In this document: positions 23,362 through 36,900 of the stretch, piece by piece
Layout of the letters: every line of letters starts with the position of its first letter
Position numbering within the stretch: position 1 is the stretch's first letter
NCBI GenBank assembly: GCA_051362555.1
Contig: CM120640.1
Location: 67,744,788 to 67,808,787, forward strand
Direction of reading: 5' to 3'
Length of the DNA stretch: 64,000 bases
Source: Lingula anatina
Lineage: Eukaryota > Animalia > Brachiopoda
Translations under genes and position numbers: made by a program
Notes under the pieces: model-generated
Databases searched by the model: none
What the model was told of the DNA's origin: nothing
The model's input: only the letters and a program-made list of their open reading frames with translations

Positions 23362-26300
23362 AATATTACTGTCTTCCAGCTAGGTACTTCACACAGACAT
23401 CAGCTGGCAGAATACTGAACATTTATGCATTTATTTGATCAATTTTCCCATGACTGTGATATGTTAAATTTTGTGATTAGATGGTGCTTGGACATAATAA
23501 CGTAATTTTGCCCATGGATGGTGTTAGCAAGCAAGATTCTCCTTGTTTACCATGATTGTGTGTGTGTGCTTGACCATCTAGAGGCCATCTATTGGTGACC
23601 TACTCTGGCACATGTGCATGTGTGTGTGTGTGTGTGTGAGGCTGAGGGTGGGTGGGTGGATGGGTGGGTGGATAGGTGGCTGGACAAGTTTTTTTTTTTT
23701 AAGATTTCAGTCAGACTTGGTTAAAATGAATTCTCTATATGTTATTTTATTGCTTTCATTAGAATTATACTTGGTTACTAACAAGTTTCTTACAGGATAG
23801 CAGATTGTTCAAGTGAGAATAGCATCATTAGAAGATAGCCCTGTTGTTTAGCTTTGAAGTTTAGCTTTTTTCAGTGTATATTAATAGTCAAAGTCATTAC
23901 CAAGCATTGCAATGGTTAAAGGGATAACAACTGTTCATTTTGGCCAAAAAATAATTTTCCTGAGGCAAACAGCAAATTTCCCATACTTACCAATGGTTAA
24001 TGAATCTATTTCTACATTTAAAGTTATTCCCTGGTCTTTTTCTAAAAAGTTTTTTTTTTGTAATAATCTCCTAAGAGATATCATACTGATATGTCTGCTT
24101 TGTTTCTGGTCACCTTTGCTTTCATTGATAGTGATGGATGCCAAGAATGCAAGGAAAAAGAATTGCAAAGCACAAAGCATTTTTGCTAGGTAAAAGAGAG
24201 CATGAGATCTTTGTGTAGGCAGTTTTATATCGTAGCATATACAAAATTTCAATAACTGTCTCTACTGCTCTTCTAGATAACTGAAAACTTTCATAAATTA
24301 GTTTTTATACATACAGTAGTCTAAGGGGCAAAACGTTTGCACTCTCCATAGCAGTTTGGTTCCACCAATCACATGTAGAGGGCGGCCATGTTTCATAAAG
24401 ACAAATTGCATTTTAACCAAGCAACCTTTTATTTTATTCATTATACATCGGTATGATAAAACCTCCCAAGTTTTAATTTTCGAGTGGCCTGACCCACTTG
24501 CTAAGGGTCCATGGAAGCAATAACAAAGGAGAAAACTTTGAAAAATGGCACACCTTAATAACATACATGTATCTTCTGATTGATAGCTAATGAGAACATT
24601 ATGAATTCTATAAGCATGCAACATAAGGGTGGTCTGAAAATGGAAAGCATCCAAAATAGCCTAAAATGAGGCTGTTGTCATTATGTGACTAGAAAAGATC
24701 AAAAGTGGGGGAATTGTATGTATTTAAACTATTGTGCAAAAGACCCTTTCTACAGAATTTAAGAGAAAACAACCAGCAAAATCTGTGGATAAATTCTGTC
24801 AGCTCCTATTGGTTACCACACCACACTTGCTAGTATGTCATTATTTCTGACCCCACTCTCCTCCAAATTCTGTAAAATGACACTTGCTTTTGTTAAGATT
24901 TTGAGCTATTTCTAGATGATTCCCATTAACTGAAGAAGCTGGCATGCACCAATTCTGAAGCTTGGGAAAGAGTACATCAAATATTATCTTTGATTTTTTG
25001 ATTCACTGAAATTGATGGGTTACTCTCTGTGAAATTAAAAGTATAGTTATATACAATGTGATGTATTACACAAGGTCGGAACATTTTTTTTAAAATCTTT
25101 TTTTTTTTTCTGTTAAAACTATAGTGGTTTTAGAATTGGGCATTCTATGAAAAATTCTGACTAAAAGTAATATTGTAAATAGTTACTTGATTATAATGGT
25201 ATTGTCAACCATATTTCAATATTTTAATATTCAAGTGTTTCAGCACTTCAAAAGTGATTGTCTCAAGTACTGAAAAGTATGTATTTTGAGGATGTAACTT
25301 GATTAATAGCTTATCTGAGTAACCTTTGTCTGTTAAAGAACAGAGCAGATATGCCTTTTCAAATATAGTTGATTATTATAATTATTATTAATATGGAATT
25401 AAGGTGTTGAGTTAAACGTAATTGCTTCAAAAAAAAAAAAAAAAAGAAAGAAAGAAAATCAGTGGTAAAAATTATGCGTTTTATTTAATTCTTCATTCTA
25501 GCTTTAAAACTCAAGCCATGCAATATAGTTTTGCATCTTTTCATGAGATAAAAATCATTAATATTTTGTGTTATATTTATACTTTTTTTATGATAAATCT
25601 TGATGAAAAAAGTTACATATTCTTATTGGTACTCACCTATATGACTGGTGATAGCTGGTGTGGATACTAGTAGTTGTGAATCGAATAGACTGCAATATCT
25701 GTGTATGAAATTGTTGACTATATATCTAGAGGAGGTCTTGGCTGGACCTTGCCTGCTGCAGTCTCTGCTGTAGTCCCTGGGCCAGTTTAGTGGTATGGTG
25801 CCACCAGTCTTGGGACCAAAGAGGACCTTGATGACCAGTAGTTGGTTACTATTCATCTCCAATTTCACACCTGATTTTGGGTCTCCAGTACCTTTTTATA
25901 TTGCATAAGGTTTTTTATTTGTACAGCCTCTCCCATATGTGACCCAGAGCTTGGTCCAGTTGTCTAGCACAAAACAGAATGTGGCCACTATATACATGTA
26001 AATAAGAATTTTATAGCTGACATATTCTTTTCTTCAATGGAAACCCTAGAATAATGAGCCCTTTCTGAAAATATTTTATCACAATATTTTGTAAATTTAT
26101 AAACATTCAAACAAAGGTTGAACAAGTTAACCTCTTGTTTGTATTCAGAGTACACAGCCATAACATCTGCATAATCTATTATGCTATTAAATCAGGGTCA
26201 ATTGCTGCTGTGATCCCAGAGGAGAAATTCAGTGTCTTGTTGCTAAGGCCATGGAATTGATCTTTGTAGTTTGTGTTTATAATAGGGTATTATGCATTTA

Positions 26301-26646
26301 TCAATCTGTTGTGGTCTTTTCAAGTCTATCAAACAAATGCCAATATTGAAACTGTAGCCTGTGTAAAGAAATCATTAATAAGCGCTGTGGTCAGAATGTG
26401 ATATTCTTGAAGTGGTGCTGGACTGAGATTTTAGCAGCTAGTCTTGATTTGCGGAGATTGGCCATTTGATAAGAGCCACCAGAGGAGTTACTATGAACAG
26501 GGACAGATATTATTTTGGAGAAAAGCGCAAGTTAATGTGTAAAGGGCATATTTGAGTTGTGGAACTTAAACCAGCAACATATCTTATCTAGGATGGAATT
26601 TAGTAATCTGTCTTGTTGCATGAAACTATAAACTGTTTTTTGCAAG

Positions 26647-26700
26647 ATGGCACAGCTAAGCATGGACCGTGATCCCTTGCTGCAAGTGCGAGGTGTTCCA
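26647..26700 (+). CDS. PFN4: Candidate alternative first coding exon A of profilin-4-like (MAQLSMDRDPLLQVRGVP)
   Basis: Strong Kozak context caagATGG, 54 nt, consensus GTGAGT donor in phase 0, in frame with the exon at 27780. X-box-like GTTGCATGAAAC about 30 bp upstream. Confidence 0.5.
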
Positions 26701-27361
26701 GTGAGTATGACAAAGTAACAAGCTTCATTTTCAGTAGAGCACACAATGATTATAGTATAATTACTGTTATATTGAAAAAAAATAATCATCATTTAATATA
26801 GCTGTGTTTTACCAAAATTTCATCTTCCATGCTCACTAAATCCAGAAAAGCTTGTTTAATACCCTGGTATTTATCTTGCTGATAAAACTGTGATCATTTG
26901 CTGAGTCAAATACAAAAACTCAGTTTATCAGTAGTTTTGAAATAGGAAACTAGTCAGCTGTCTGTATGTATGGGTTTTAGTTGCTAGGTTCATTCTGTTT
27001 ATCTCATTAAATTTCACTCAATCTCACGGTGGAGTAAATTACAGTGGAATGCTACATTTTTATCACCCCGCTGAGAGAGGTTAAGAATGTTGCATTATTC
27101 CTGTTTTTGTCCCTGATACTGAGCAGCATGTGTCTCCTTGTCAACTGTCAACACAAGTGGCACTGCTTAGATTAAAATAGGACAAACCAGCTAATTTTAC
27201 ACAGAAGTATAGGCCTGGTAATCTGTGTTAAACCTTCAGCTGCCTTACTTCAGCAGTAGTTGCATTATCCTGCATTGTAGGAGTTGCATTTATGTTTTAA
27301 ATATTTTAAAGTTAAATAAGTGGGCAAACAGGTGTTATTACTTCAGTCATTAGTTATCATA

Positions 27362-27454
27362 ATGGCAGAACATTTTGAGGCACCGCCCTTTATGCCAGGA
27401 GGTCAGGATGCTAAAATGCTGGATGAAGCTGAAGAGGAAAGTCTATATTTTATG
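27362..27454 (+). CDS. PFN4: Candidate alternative first coding exon B of profilin-4-like (MAEHFEAPPFMPGGQDAKMLDEAEEESLYFM)
   Basis: ataATGG start, 93 nt, phase-0 GTATTA donor, in frame with GATGCTCTGAAGATG at 27780; GC-richer than its flanks. Confidence 0.5.
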
Positions 27455-27791
27455 GTATTAGTTCTTGTTGTGATGTGATGTATGTGGAGCAGAATACCTT
27501 ATAATATTTACAATTGTATTGTAGCAAATACTCTGTGAGAACCAGTTATTGCCTTTATAGCAGATCATTTTTTCTTATTACAGATGAAAGAATGAGCCAT
27601 AATAGTTGCCTAAATTATGGTTTATGTTCTGTATATGCATAGAAACCTTTTCTTCTTTTCAAGAATTTATAACAGGTTGCAAGCCACCAATTGAGATTAA
27701 AATTGAAAGTGTCTTTGGTTTTATTATTTATTATATATTTTATTAATAAAAAAACTATTCAGTACATTTCCTGTTTCAGGATGCTCTGAAG

Positions 27792-29065
27792 ATGAACCAG
27801 CTACAGAATCTACTCCATGATGCTCTAATTTCTACTGCACATGTAGCTCAGTGTGCAATAGTACGGCGCAAGGACTGCTCTGTTAGTGCATGCTCAGTAG
27901 GCTTCACGGTAGGTTGAATCCCTTTTATTTCACTTTTGAAGTATTGCAAAAAAAAAAGGAATTCAAAAAATATTTTTAAAAACCCCTTCATTAGGGAAAA
28001 TTACAACCCAATCAACAAATGGTATCAGTTACTATTAAGATGAAGTGAATGATTAGGTGTCATACACAGATTAACACATAGCCTTGAAACATCTTATGTA
28101 TGGACATATTTTCTTCCATTCAATGTAGTTATACACAGACCAGATTCAGATGCTACTGGATGCCTTTAAGAACCCTCCGCAGACTAGAGAAGAAGGCTTA
28201 TACTTTGAAGACAAGCAGTATAAATGTGTGAGGGCAGACAAGAACTCAATATATGCCAAAAGTGTAAGAACTTAAGTCATATATAATAAGCAAATGAATT
28301 GCATTTACTGTCCAATGTTAAACAATTAATATTAAACACTGTTAAATAATGAGCATGCATGTATATGCAAACCAATCTGACATATTTGTATTAATTGGTG
28401 ATTGTTTTGTTCATGAGCTGTGTTCCCGGTCAAGTTGGGCTGACATAACTTGATATGTCCCATTTTAGCTCACCATCTGATTACAATAATTGTGACTAAC
28501 AGTGTGTCAGACAACACGGTGATTAGATTTGCTGCCTATGTTTGGCTTATCATATTCAGCTAGAGAAAGATCAACAGTGAAATGTGGACCCAACTTTACT
28601 GGAAACCGAACTCTGCAGAAAATATCCTGAGCATGACAGCATAAATTTGTAACTTTCTTTCCATCTTGTAGGCTAGGAAAGGTCTTGTCCTGGTGAAGAC
28701 AACAACCCTGCTACTTGTGGCAACATATACAGACAACATGTACCCCAGCGTATGTGTGGAAGCCACAGAAAAACTAGGTAAGATCCACAGCATGCACCCA
28801 AGGTTCTCCTGAGTACCTTTTATATTAAGACAGTAGTTAGAAAAAAATTTAAACACACATACATTGCAGGATTTTTCTATAATGATGAATAAGAATTGAA
28901 AAGTTCCATATTCATGTTTATGTGCTAATATATTGTATAGTGAAGATAATATCCCTGAAAATATCTCTGTATTCATAGAGGGACAGTTCAGGTATGTCAT
29001 GTATTATCATTTGAAGATATTAATTTTTGTTTACAGCGGATTATTTCAAAGACAAGGGAAAGTAA
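27792..29065 (+). CDS. PFN4: Profilin-4-like, 4 core exons
   Basis: Exons 27780/27792-27908, 28129-28263, 28672-28777 and 29037-29065. [18 protein letters not shown]...[30 protein letters not shown]...[31 protein letters not shown] closely matches recalled human PFN4 ([33 protein letters not shown]). Confidence 0.92.
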
Positions 29066-29598
29066 GCATAATCCAAGCACATATGTAGCCAGCAAGCACA
29101 GTGGAATGGAGCACAAAGTCAGTGAGGATTACAACACTTACAGCTGTCAGTGTCAGGAAAGATAACAATGGAATCTATCATGTGAATTTATTTAAGACGT
29201 GGGGAAATGACGTCTAATATAAATTATTTTGAGAGAAGAAGAAAGAAATATTTGGTTGCATGGCAAAGTTTCACAAGTCTTGTTGTCTTGTACATTATAG
29301 TGTCTCATACATCATGTAAATAGTCTGGTTTTAAATGTTAATTACAGAAAATGAAAGGACCACAAAGTTCTGTGATATGAAAAGATATTATGTGATGCTT
29401 TGAAACAATTTGATCATTACAACCAAGCATTTACAATATTTACCAAAGATTTTAACTTTTAAGGAGTTGCATTGGTCCATTTGTCCTTTTTTTTTTATCA
29501 ATTTTCTTATTAAGTTCTACACTGAACAATAAACTTGTTATATGTGTACCTCGTAACAGGGCTAGTAGTCCGTCCTTGTTTACAACTTTTTGAAAATC

Positions 29599-29625
29599 TA
29601 ATAAAGGGATTCTGTGCCTTTATTA
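29599..29625. terminator. Convergent poly(A) signals for PFN4 (+) and GDAP2 (-)
   Basis: TAATAAAGG-N9-CCTTTATTA places AATAAA on each strand within a 9-bp inverted repeat. Confidence 0.45.
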
Positions 29626-30923
29626 TAAAATGACTGTGTGCCACAATTTTTATTTCATATAAAATTTAAGTTTTGTTCACCCTGAAAACATGCAAGTTAT
29701 ATAACCCTTACAAGTTCCAACTGAATATGCAATGCAAAACAAAACTATTTTTGGTGGAAGAATCTTTTATTCATAATAACATTGGCAAAAATTTATGCAC
29801 TGACAAAATATTTGACAAATTGCAAATTTATCAATTAAACAATATGATGAGCTTTGTACGTAATGTATATATAAAACAGCTAGACTTGCGGCATCTTTAA
29901 TAAGAATCTGCTCTTAATATTTATTAAGAATATATTATCCATGGCAGAATTACGACAGAAATAGTTGCAGAAGGCAATGACAGTGAGTTATAACATTATT
30001 TCAAAATAAAAATTTCAAAGTGCAGCATGATTTTCAGAGAAAAAGTCACTTTCATCATCCTGCAGCTGTAAAGAAAATATCTTGTTCAGATAAAATTTTT
30101 CTTGGCAAAACTTCGGCATCAATTATCCAAGCTGCAATACAAACTACACTGGCATCAAGGCCAGGAAAACCTGCAATTTTCCACTACATAACAAATACTG
30201 TTAGCAGTCAGAAAACTGCATATTGCACAAACTGAGCAAGACGTAAATGTAGCAAATATAGCCTTCATACTCTTATGGCCACATTTCTTTCAAAATTTAT
30301 TAAACCAGTGCTGCAGCATTTTATACAATGCACTAAATTTCATTTGAAATATCATTCTAATTAGCACCATAAAATTAATTATCACGTGGAATGTTCTCAT
30401 ATTAAGTAGAGTTATTAAATAACCACATCTTTTTAAGTTAATCCAGTTATGTTGCTGGTTATCACAGGCATTTCATTAATAGACCCTGCATGCACCATGC
30501 TGCCTGTACCCATATATTGTTAAACAATTGCATTCATAATTCTAGGAAAATCCTCCCACTGATTGTCATATGTACAATGTATATTACAATGACTAGCAGA
30601 CAATTTCACTCTACAAATATACTGCACTGTGCAACCAAATTACCAGTGCTGTAATCTCCGAAATTTAGTGCAGCTAGCATTTCTGCTGAAGTGTTGACTT
30701 GTAACACCTACACATGTAGTGCATCTTCAACAGTCCCAATCCTCCATCAGTGCCTGAATGACCATGGAAAAAATATCCACTGGAATTAACTTAATGTGCT
30801 GCAAAAATACAAAGTAAATTTCACTGATATACACCGACTGGCAAGTAAGTTACTATTTACCAAACCACTTTCCAAAATATTTTGGAACATTTTCCAGTTA
30901 CACAATCTGGCGCACCTTGTGTT

Positions 30924-33900
30924 TCATAAATCATTAGCTTCCTCTGTCATTCTTGGGGTGTAATAATCCTTGCCATTTTTCTGAAAAGTCATATTTCACG
31001 AATTAAAAAAGATAAGTGTGATGAACTGTAGACTCATCATTTTCTAATCAAACATGATGTTTTTGCCAAAAAAAAATTTTTTTTTGATAAAGTAAAGTTG
31101 ATAATGGACTAATATTCATCCACATCTTAACTTAAACTCTCTTAAGACTTGCTGACCATGACAGAACTCAATAGAAACAAGTTACATATGAAAGAGTAAG
31201 ATACATACAAACAAAAAAATTACCTGCATGTCATAGTCCAGTATAAAAGACGGAATGTCCATCTCGTCAGGGTTGATCTTATCGTACAGATACTGGATCC
31301 CTGGAAGACCATGGACTTTGTTCTTGATGCCAGACACAGTAAAAGTGGTGAAGAACCAGGTCATCAACTGTGTGAAGAGGACATGATAAGAAATGTTAAT
31401 ATTGTCACTAACTCATTGCAGCTATAACCAACAACATTCTTACATTTGGATCCAAGATTTTTTTTTATTTTTTTTTATTTTCAGTACTCTTCAGATAAAA
31501 GGTAAGTCAATCCAAATTACAAATATATGTAATTCTTATAAAAAGAACCACAAATCATACTTATAAAAAAATTTGTTTTTAATTTATAGACAAAACAATA
31601 TTCTCAATGTTAGTGAATCTGTACATAGTTCTTCTGACTTACCCTGGACCAAAATGTTGGGTGGATTATGTAGAATGCTTTCAGGTGTTTTTTGTATCTA
31701 TAAAATATAAAAGAATAAGTGAGACCCAGTAGACCCTGATTGACTTGAAAGACCTAGAACTACTATTATTAGGAATTTACCGTATCAGCTTGCTATTGCG
31801 TGTTCTAGCATGCAGTGAGAACATTCAGCAAAAACATATGCAGATTCTAAAGAAAATTTTGTGTGCAGAATTTATTCCTTCCTCTTTATATATTTTTTTA
31901 TTCCATAATGAATCTTTTGAATTAATTCAGACTTTGTAGAAATCAGAGCTTTTATCCCTGTAAAATGTGATTTCCTTACTTGTGATCAACTAGATTATAT
32001 ACACTTTTCAGAAATGCCTGCTGTGGCAAATTCTCCCCTGTTGTGAGAGTGTGGAAATAAACCACAACATAGTCTTTATTCACAATGGGATCCAAGATAT
32101 GGATGAAGTACAGAAGTGCCTGAAACAAGACCACCACGTGTCACAGCATTTGAGGCCTGAAGGATGACATGAATGGATGGGCAACACCTCAATCAGGCTT
32201 TGGTAGACAGTTGTGCAAAAGGAATGTGACTTAAATATAATAAAGAGTTATCCGCTACCTCTGGGGGTATAAAAAAGCAAGTACCAAAATAAAAAGAACT
32301 AATTAAGAAATGCACAGTTACAAAATTATCAATTAAAACACATTTATATTACTACAAAGATAAAAAATAATAAGAGCAATATTAAATATCATTACAACTA
32401 AGCTGATTCAAGGTATTTTTTTCTGCATGTGAAAATGGACTTCACCTTCTCTAAATCTATGGTGGTGGCAGGAAAATTTTTGCCAATAAACACAATGACT
32501 GGTCTGCCCATCTTATCCACACCCGTGTGATATATACACCGCAGTCTGGCTATGTCAGACAGGTCCTCTTTCCTGGCCCTCTTCAGCCACCTGTCATACC
32601 TGAAAACACAACAGGATGTGAATAAAAATGTGCTGTGTACAACTAAACCATATATGAGACATTTAGTCATGTATAAAATAATGTTTAAGTATTCTTCTCA
32701 AATTACAGAATATTTCAATATCTTATTTGAGTACTTTCTCTGAAATATCACCAGGGGTTTTGCCCCCATCAACTGAACAATTACAATTCACATATTCTTA
32801 GTATTATCTTTTACATTATTACCATATTTATATATCCAATGTTATTTATGAAGCAGGCATGAGAACAGTCCTCACTGAAAAAGTAAGATTTACACGATTC
32901 ACCAGACTTACACAATTCACAAGAATGACCCAAATGACCCTGAAAAAGTCGGCATTCCTACAAAGTAGGAAAAGTCTCATCAGTGATGAAGAGATATTAT
33001 TCACAGCTAACAAAACATTCTCACTGTACTTTGCAATACAAGGACAGATTACTGTACCTTCTTTGTTGCTCTAGAGCCAGAGCTTCGGACGACGTTCTCC
33101 CCCTCAGGACCTCTTGGCGCTGAGAGTCATGATCTCCCTCCATGTGTGCAAATGCATGCTGTCCAACTGCTACAGATGTATTGAATTGCTCGTTGATATT
33201 CACGCTGGACTCCATTCCTTCTGCTGTTCCATTTAGCTCAGTGGTTTCTGTAAAATAAGAGCATAATTAGGTGAAACAAATTTGTATTTGTTAGGCATAC
33301 TTTCACATATAGTTTTTCTGTATATGGTACTTAATTTTCACTACAAAACCATTAAAAACACCACCATTCTTACCCAAAATAAAGCTATTTATCTAAGAAT
33401 TATAAAAATATAACATTCTCAATATATCAAAAATTCTTATTTTTGTTAAGTCCCTCCCCCCCTCCTTTTTTCCACAGGTCTGGCTGAGCAGGAAGCACTG
33501 TCATATAAAACCAATAATTGAAAGCAAAGATTAGTTTATAAAGATTCAGTCATGTTTTAGAACATGATGTAATCTAACAAACATTAAGGCATTATAGCAG
33601 TACAAAATGTATTTTTAGAGTGAATGAAATTTCAAATGCTATTTGCTATCACCTCTATATTTAAGCTATCTAAATGTATACCTTAAGTAATAATAGGACA
33701 ACATTTCAGAGGAAAGAAAAGTTCCCATGTCACAGTGAGAGAAATCAGAAAACACCACAAATCAAGGGGCAGTTGTGAGTTTTCTTGACCGAAATAAAGC
33801 AAAACAAAAGTCCCATTTGAAATACATAACTACACAGCACTGGCAACCAAGTGTGATTAAAAACATAAGAAAGCAAGAAAGATCCAAGTCTACATTTGGA

Positions 33901-36900
33901 AATCTCTGGGTTTCTAAAAACATGAGATACTTGCGTGTGTCATCAGCTTCCTCATCGCCTGAATTGAAGAGGACATTCTCTCAATTAAATGAACGTTTTA
34001 AATAATATAGTTTAGGTAAAAAAAAATTGGTCAGTTGATTCAAACTTCAGTATAGACTGAATCCATTTGTCATGATACTTGGGTAGGTACTGCTCACTGC
34101 ATGGTGAATTCTACTGGTATTGTAGCACGTGGGTTGAACTTTATATGGTGACACTGGTAGTAATTGACAGAACACTTATAATTACAGAAGTTCAAAATTG
34201 GTGACAGGAGTCATGGCAGCAACTGTGGTGGTGAATTAGAACTGCTATTTTACTTTATATGTAGTGCTGCTTACAGAGGCAGTAGTAATAATGGTTATAG
34301 GAGCTTTGGAAAAAGATTTGTGAAAACTGGTAATGGTATGATAGGTAAAAAATTTTTATAATTTGTCATTGTGTAACTTTTATAAATTTGCAAACGAAAT
34401 CTAAAGGTGTACAAATAAAAGGATTAAAAGTCAAAATTAAAAATATACTTATTCTAAAAAAAAAAAAAAAAAAAAAAAAAGAACCATATATTACAATTAT
34501 TTTCAATTACAAATATTGTTTAATCTTATCAAAAAAAAAAGCTCTATACTGCAGTGAGAGGATAACATGGCTTCTTATAGACCAGCAAAAAATAGTGGGC
34601 TGGAAAATGAAATATAATGTTTACAAACTTACACCTCCTTTCTCAGGTACAGTTATATACATTTTTTAATATTGAAACAAATCATTTCTCATTTACAATT
34701 TCCTTGTCTAAACAATGTGGCATAATATAAATATAAACACTATTTATGACATATTTTAACAATGATTAAAACTTCATGAGATTTTTAAACTCTTAGTAAG
34801 TAAGGCAAAATTGCTACTGTAATCCTGCAATGGTAATGAATAAAAGGAGAGATCCATCCAACCATCCACAGGGCTCAATTGTCATACATAATCATGATGT
34901 GGCAAAACAACTCTTGAAGTAAATCAAACTACAGATTTTCATATGCTGAAAATATTTAACAAACAATAGCAAATGTCCTCACGTTTCCAGATTTTAAATG
35001 TCATTTGTGATATACAGTAACAGGATACAGGATCATGGCAAATTTATCAATGTATTGATCAGGTACACATCAAATATCTTTATTTACACACACAACTTAC
35101 TGAGTGATTTGAATGTTGGTTTGTCCATTATTCTGATCTGTCTTTCAGGTATCACTGGCTCCCCATCCTCATTGCCTACGTCTTCAGGTATGAACCCAAT
35201 GGCATACTGGGCTTCCTTCTCACTTCTTGGGAAATACAGTGGAAGCAACTGTATGTAAACTTCCTTTCAAACAGAGAGAAAAAAAAACTGATTGAGCAAT
35301 AAATAATTCTAACATTAAGATTAATATACACTGTCTTATTGCATATGCATTTACTTTTAAGCAAGATTGTTGTACCACAATGCTATTAAAATGATTTTAT
35401 TTGTATGCTCTTCAGGGTGCTATTTTTTTCAATTTAACCATCCAAAATAAACAATGTTAGTATAGTTGGTATTAGCTTTGAAAGAAGGGTAAGGCTGGGA
35501 CAGAGCAAGCTGGAGTTACATGTAGTACATGGACTTTAAACCAATTTACTTTGTGTTAAAAGGGGCAAACAAAAAAATACCGAAACTTTCCAAATTTAAA
35601 TCGGTTAAAAAATCTTAAGGTTATCCTGTAGGTACAAGCAGTGTGAGTCTCTCTCTCCCTCTCTCTCTCAGAAAAATAATTCAACTCAACATGCTAATGA
35701 TTACTGCTACCATATATAAACACAAATGTGACCATGCGTAACATTAACTTAAATGTGTCAGATGAGATATATCACAAGTATCAAAATTCAAAAAAGCAAT
35801 TTGCATAGGGACTTTTAATGAAGGATAGTGTAAGAGTATATCTCTTAAAAGTACTAGTATGTATCTTTTCCTAGAGAAAAAGAAAGCATGCAACACCACA
35901 CAACAAGAAAAAAATTCACAGAAAGTGAAACTAATTCCTACACCACTTCTTTATAATTAAATGTCTACCACACTGAAACTATCATCTTAGTATTACCAGC
36001 TCTCGGCTGCACAGTACTCTCCATGTCTCCAGCTCTCTACTCTGTGAAGGCATGAAATGTCATAATTCTTAAAGTAGCCATACAGACTGAACTATGAGTT
36101 ATCAGTATTCATAGTTATCTCAGCTTAAGAGCCATGAATTGACTTTTAATATGATATGATGCTCTGAAATATTCTACAAGATGCAAAATATATTTTGATA
36201 ACACAGGTTCTGATTATACAGTATGCCATATACCTCCTCGTGTTCCATTACTGCAAATATAACTGTGTCCACAGAGTCACCATGCTTCTCTAAAAACCTA
36301 CGAACTGTGCCTACAAACACAAAGAGAGAGGTGTATATTACTGCTTCTAGTCTGTACATTAAAATATGCATCACACCACAATGATGTGTAATCAGTGCAT
36401 CAAATTTTATGCAGCAATATCCTAATTCTGATTAACAATTTTATTACAAATATTATAATAAATAACAATTGATGAACAATTTTTGATCTTTTCGAATCTT
36501 TTTTATTACTAAAATAAATATGTGCCATACATGAAAATAATATTTTCGAATCGCTTATAAATATATGTATTGCTCACGTAGTGCTATGTGGGCTCCTTCC
36601 TCCACTGGATAGCCTCTCCTTTGTGAGTGTATACAAGGAAAAGCTATGGAAGAAAGATTATTTTCTCTGAAATAAAGAAAAAAAAAAACAATTCCATGAG
36701 CAAGCTTTAAAATTGCATATCTGAAAATATTTCTACATTCTTGGTAGCTATTATAAGTTTGAATCTCTCTAAACTTTAAAAGACAAAAACATATCATTCC
36801 TAGACAATGTGTTTACTACAACTGCTGCCTCTTACTTGACAATTTGCATGACATTCCTATAGCAACAGAACAGCGCACTCTCTGCGGCCGTGTGGTACTT

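Noticed and set aside
23912-24654. 105-aa and 118-aa minus-strand ORFs in the PFN4 upstream region
   Set aside because: Non-ATG starts, no recognisable domain or splice structure; they follow a Kolobok-like TIR at ~23916 and are probably transposon debris.
25623-25868. Minus-strand ORF ending at a strong GTGAGT donor, considered as a far-upstream FAM228B exon
   Set aside because: No compatible coding junction or homology could be shown; it may be non-coding or chance.
34080-34345. Thr/Ser-rich, mucin-like translation on the minus strand in a GDAP2 intron
   Set aside because: Interrupted by stops and lacking convincing splice sites.
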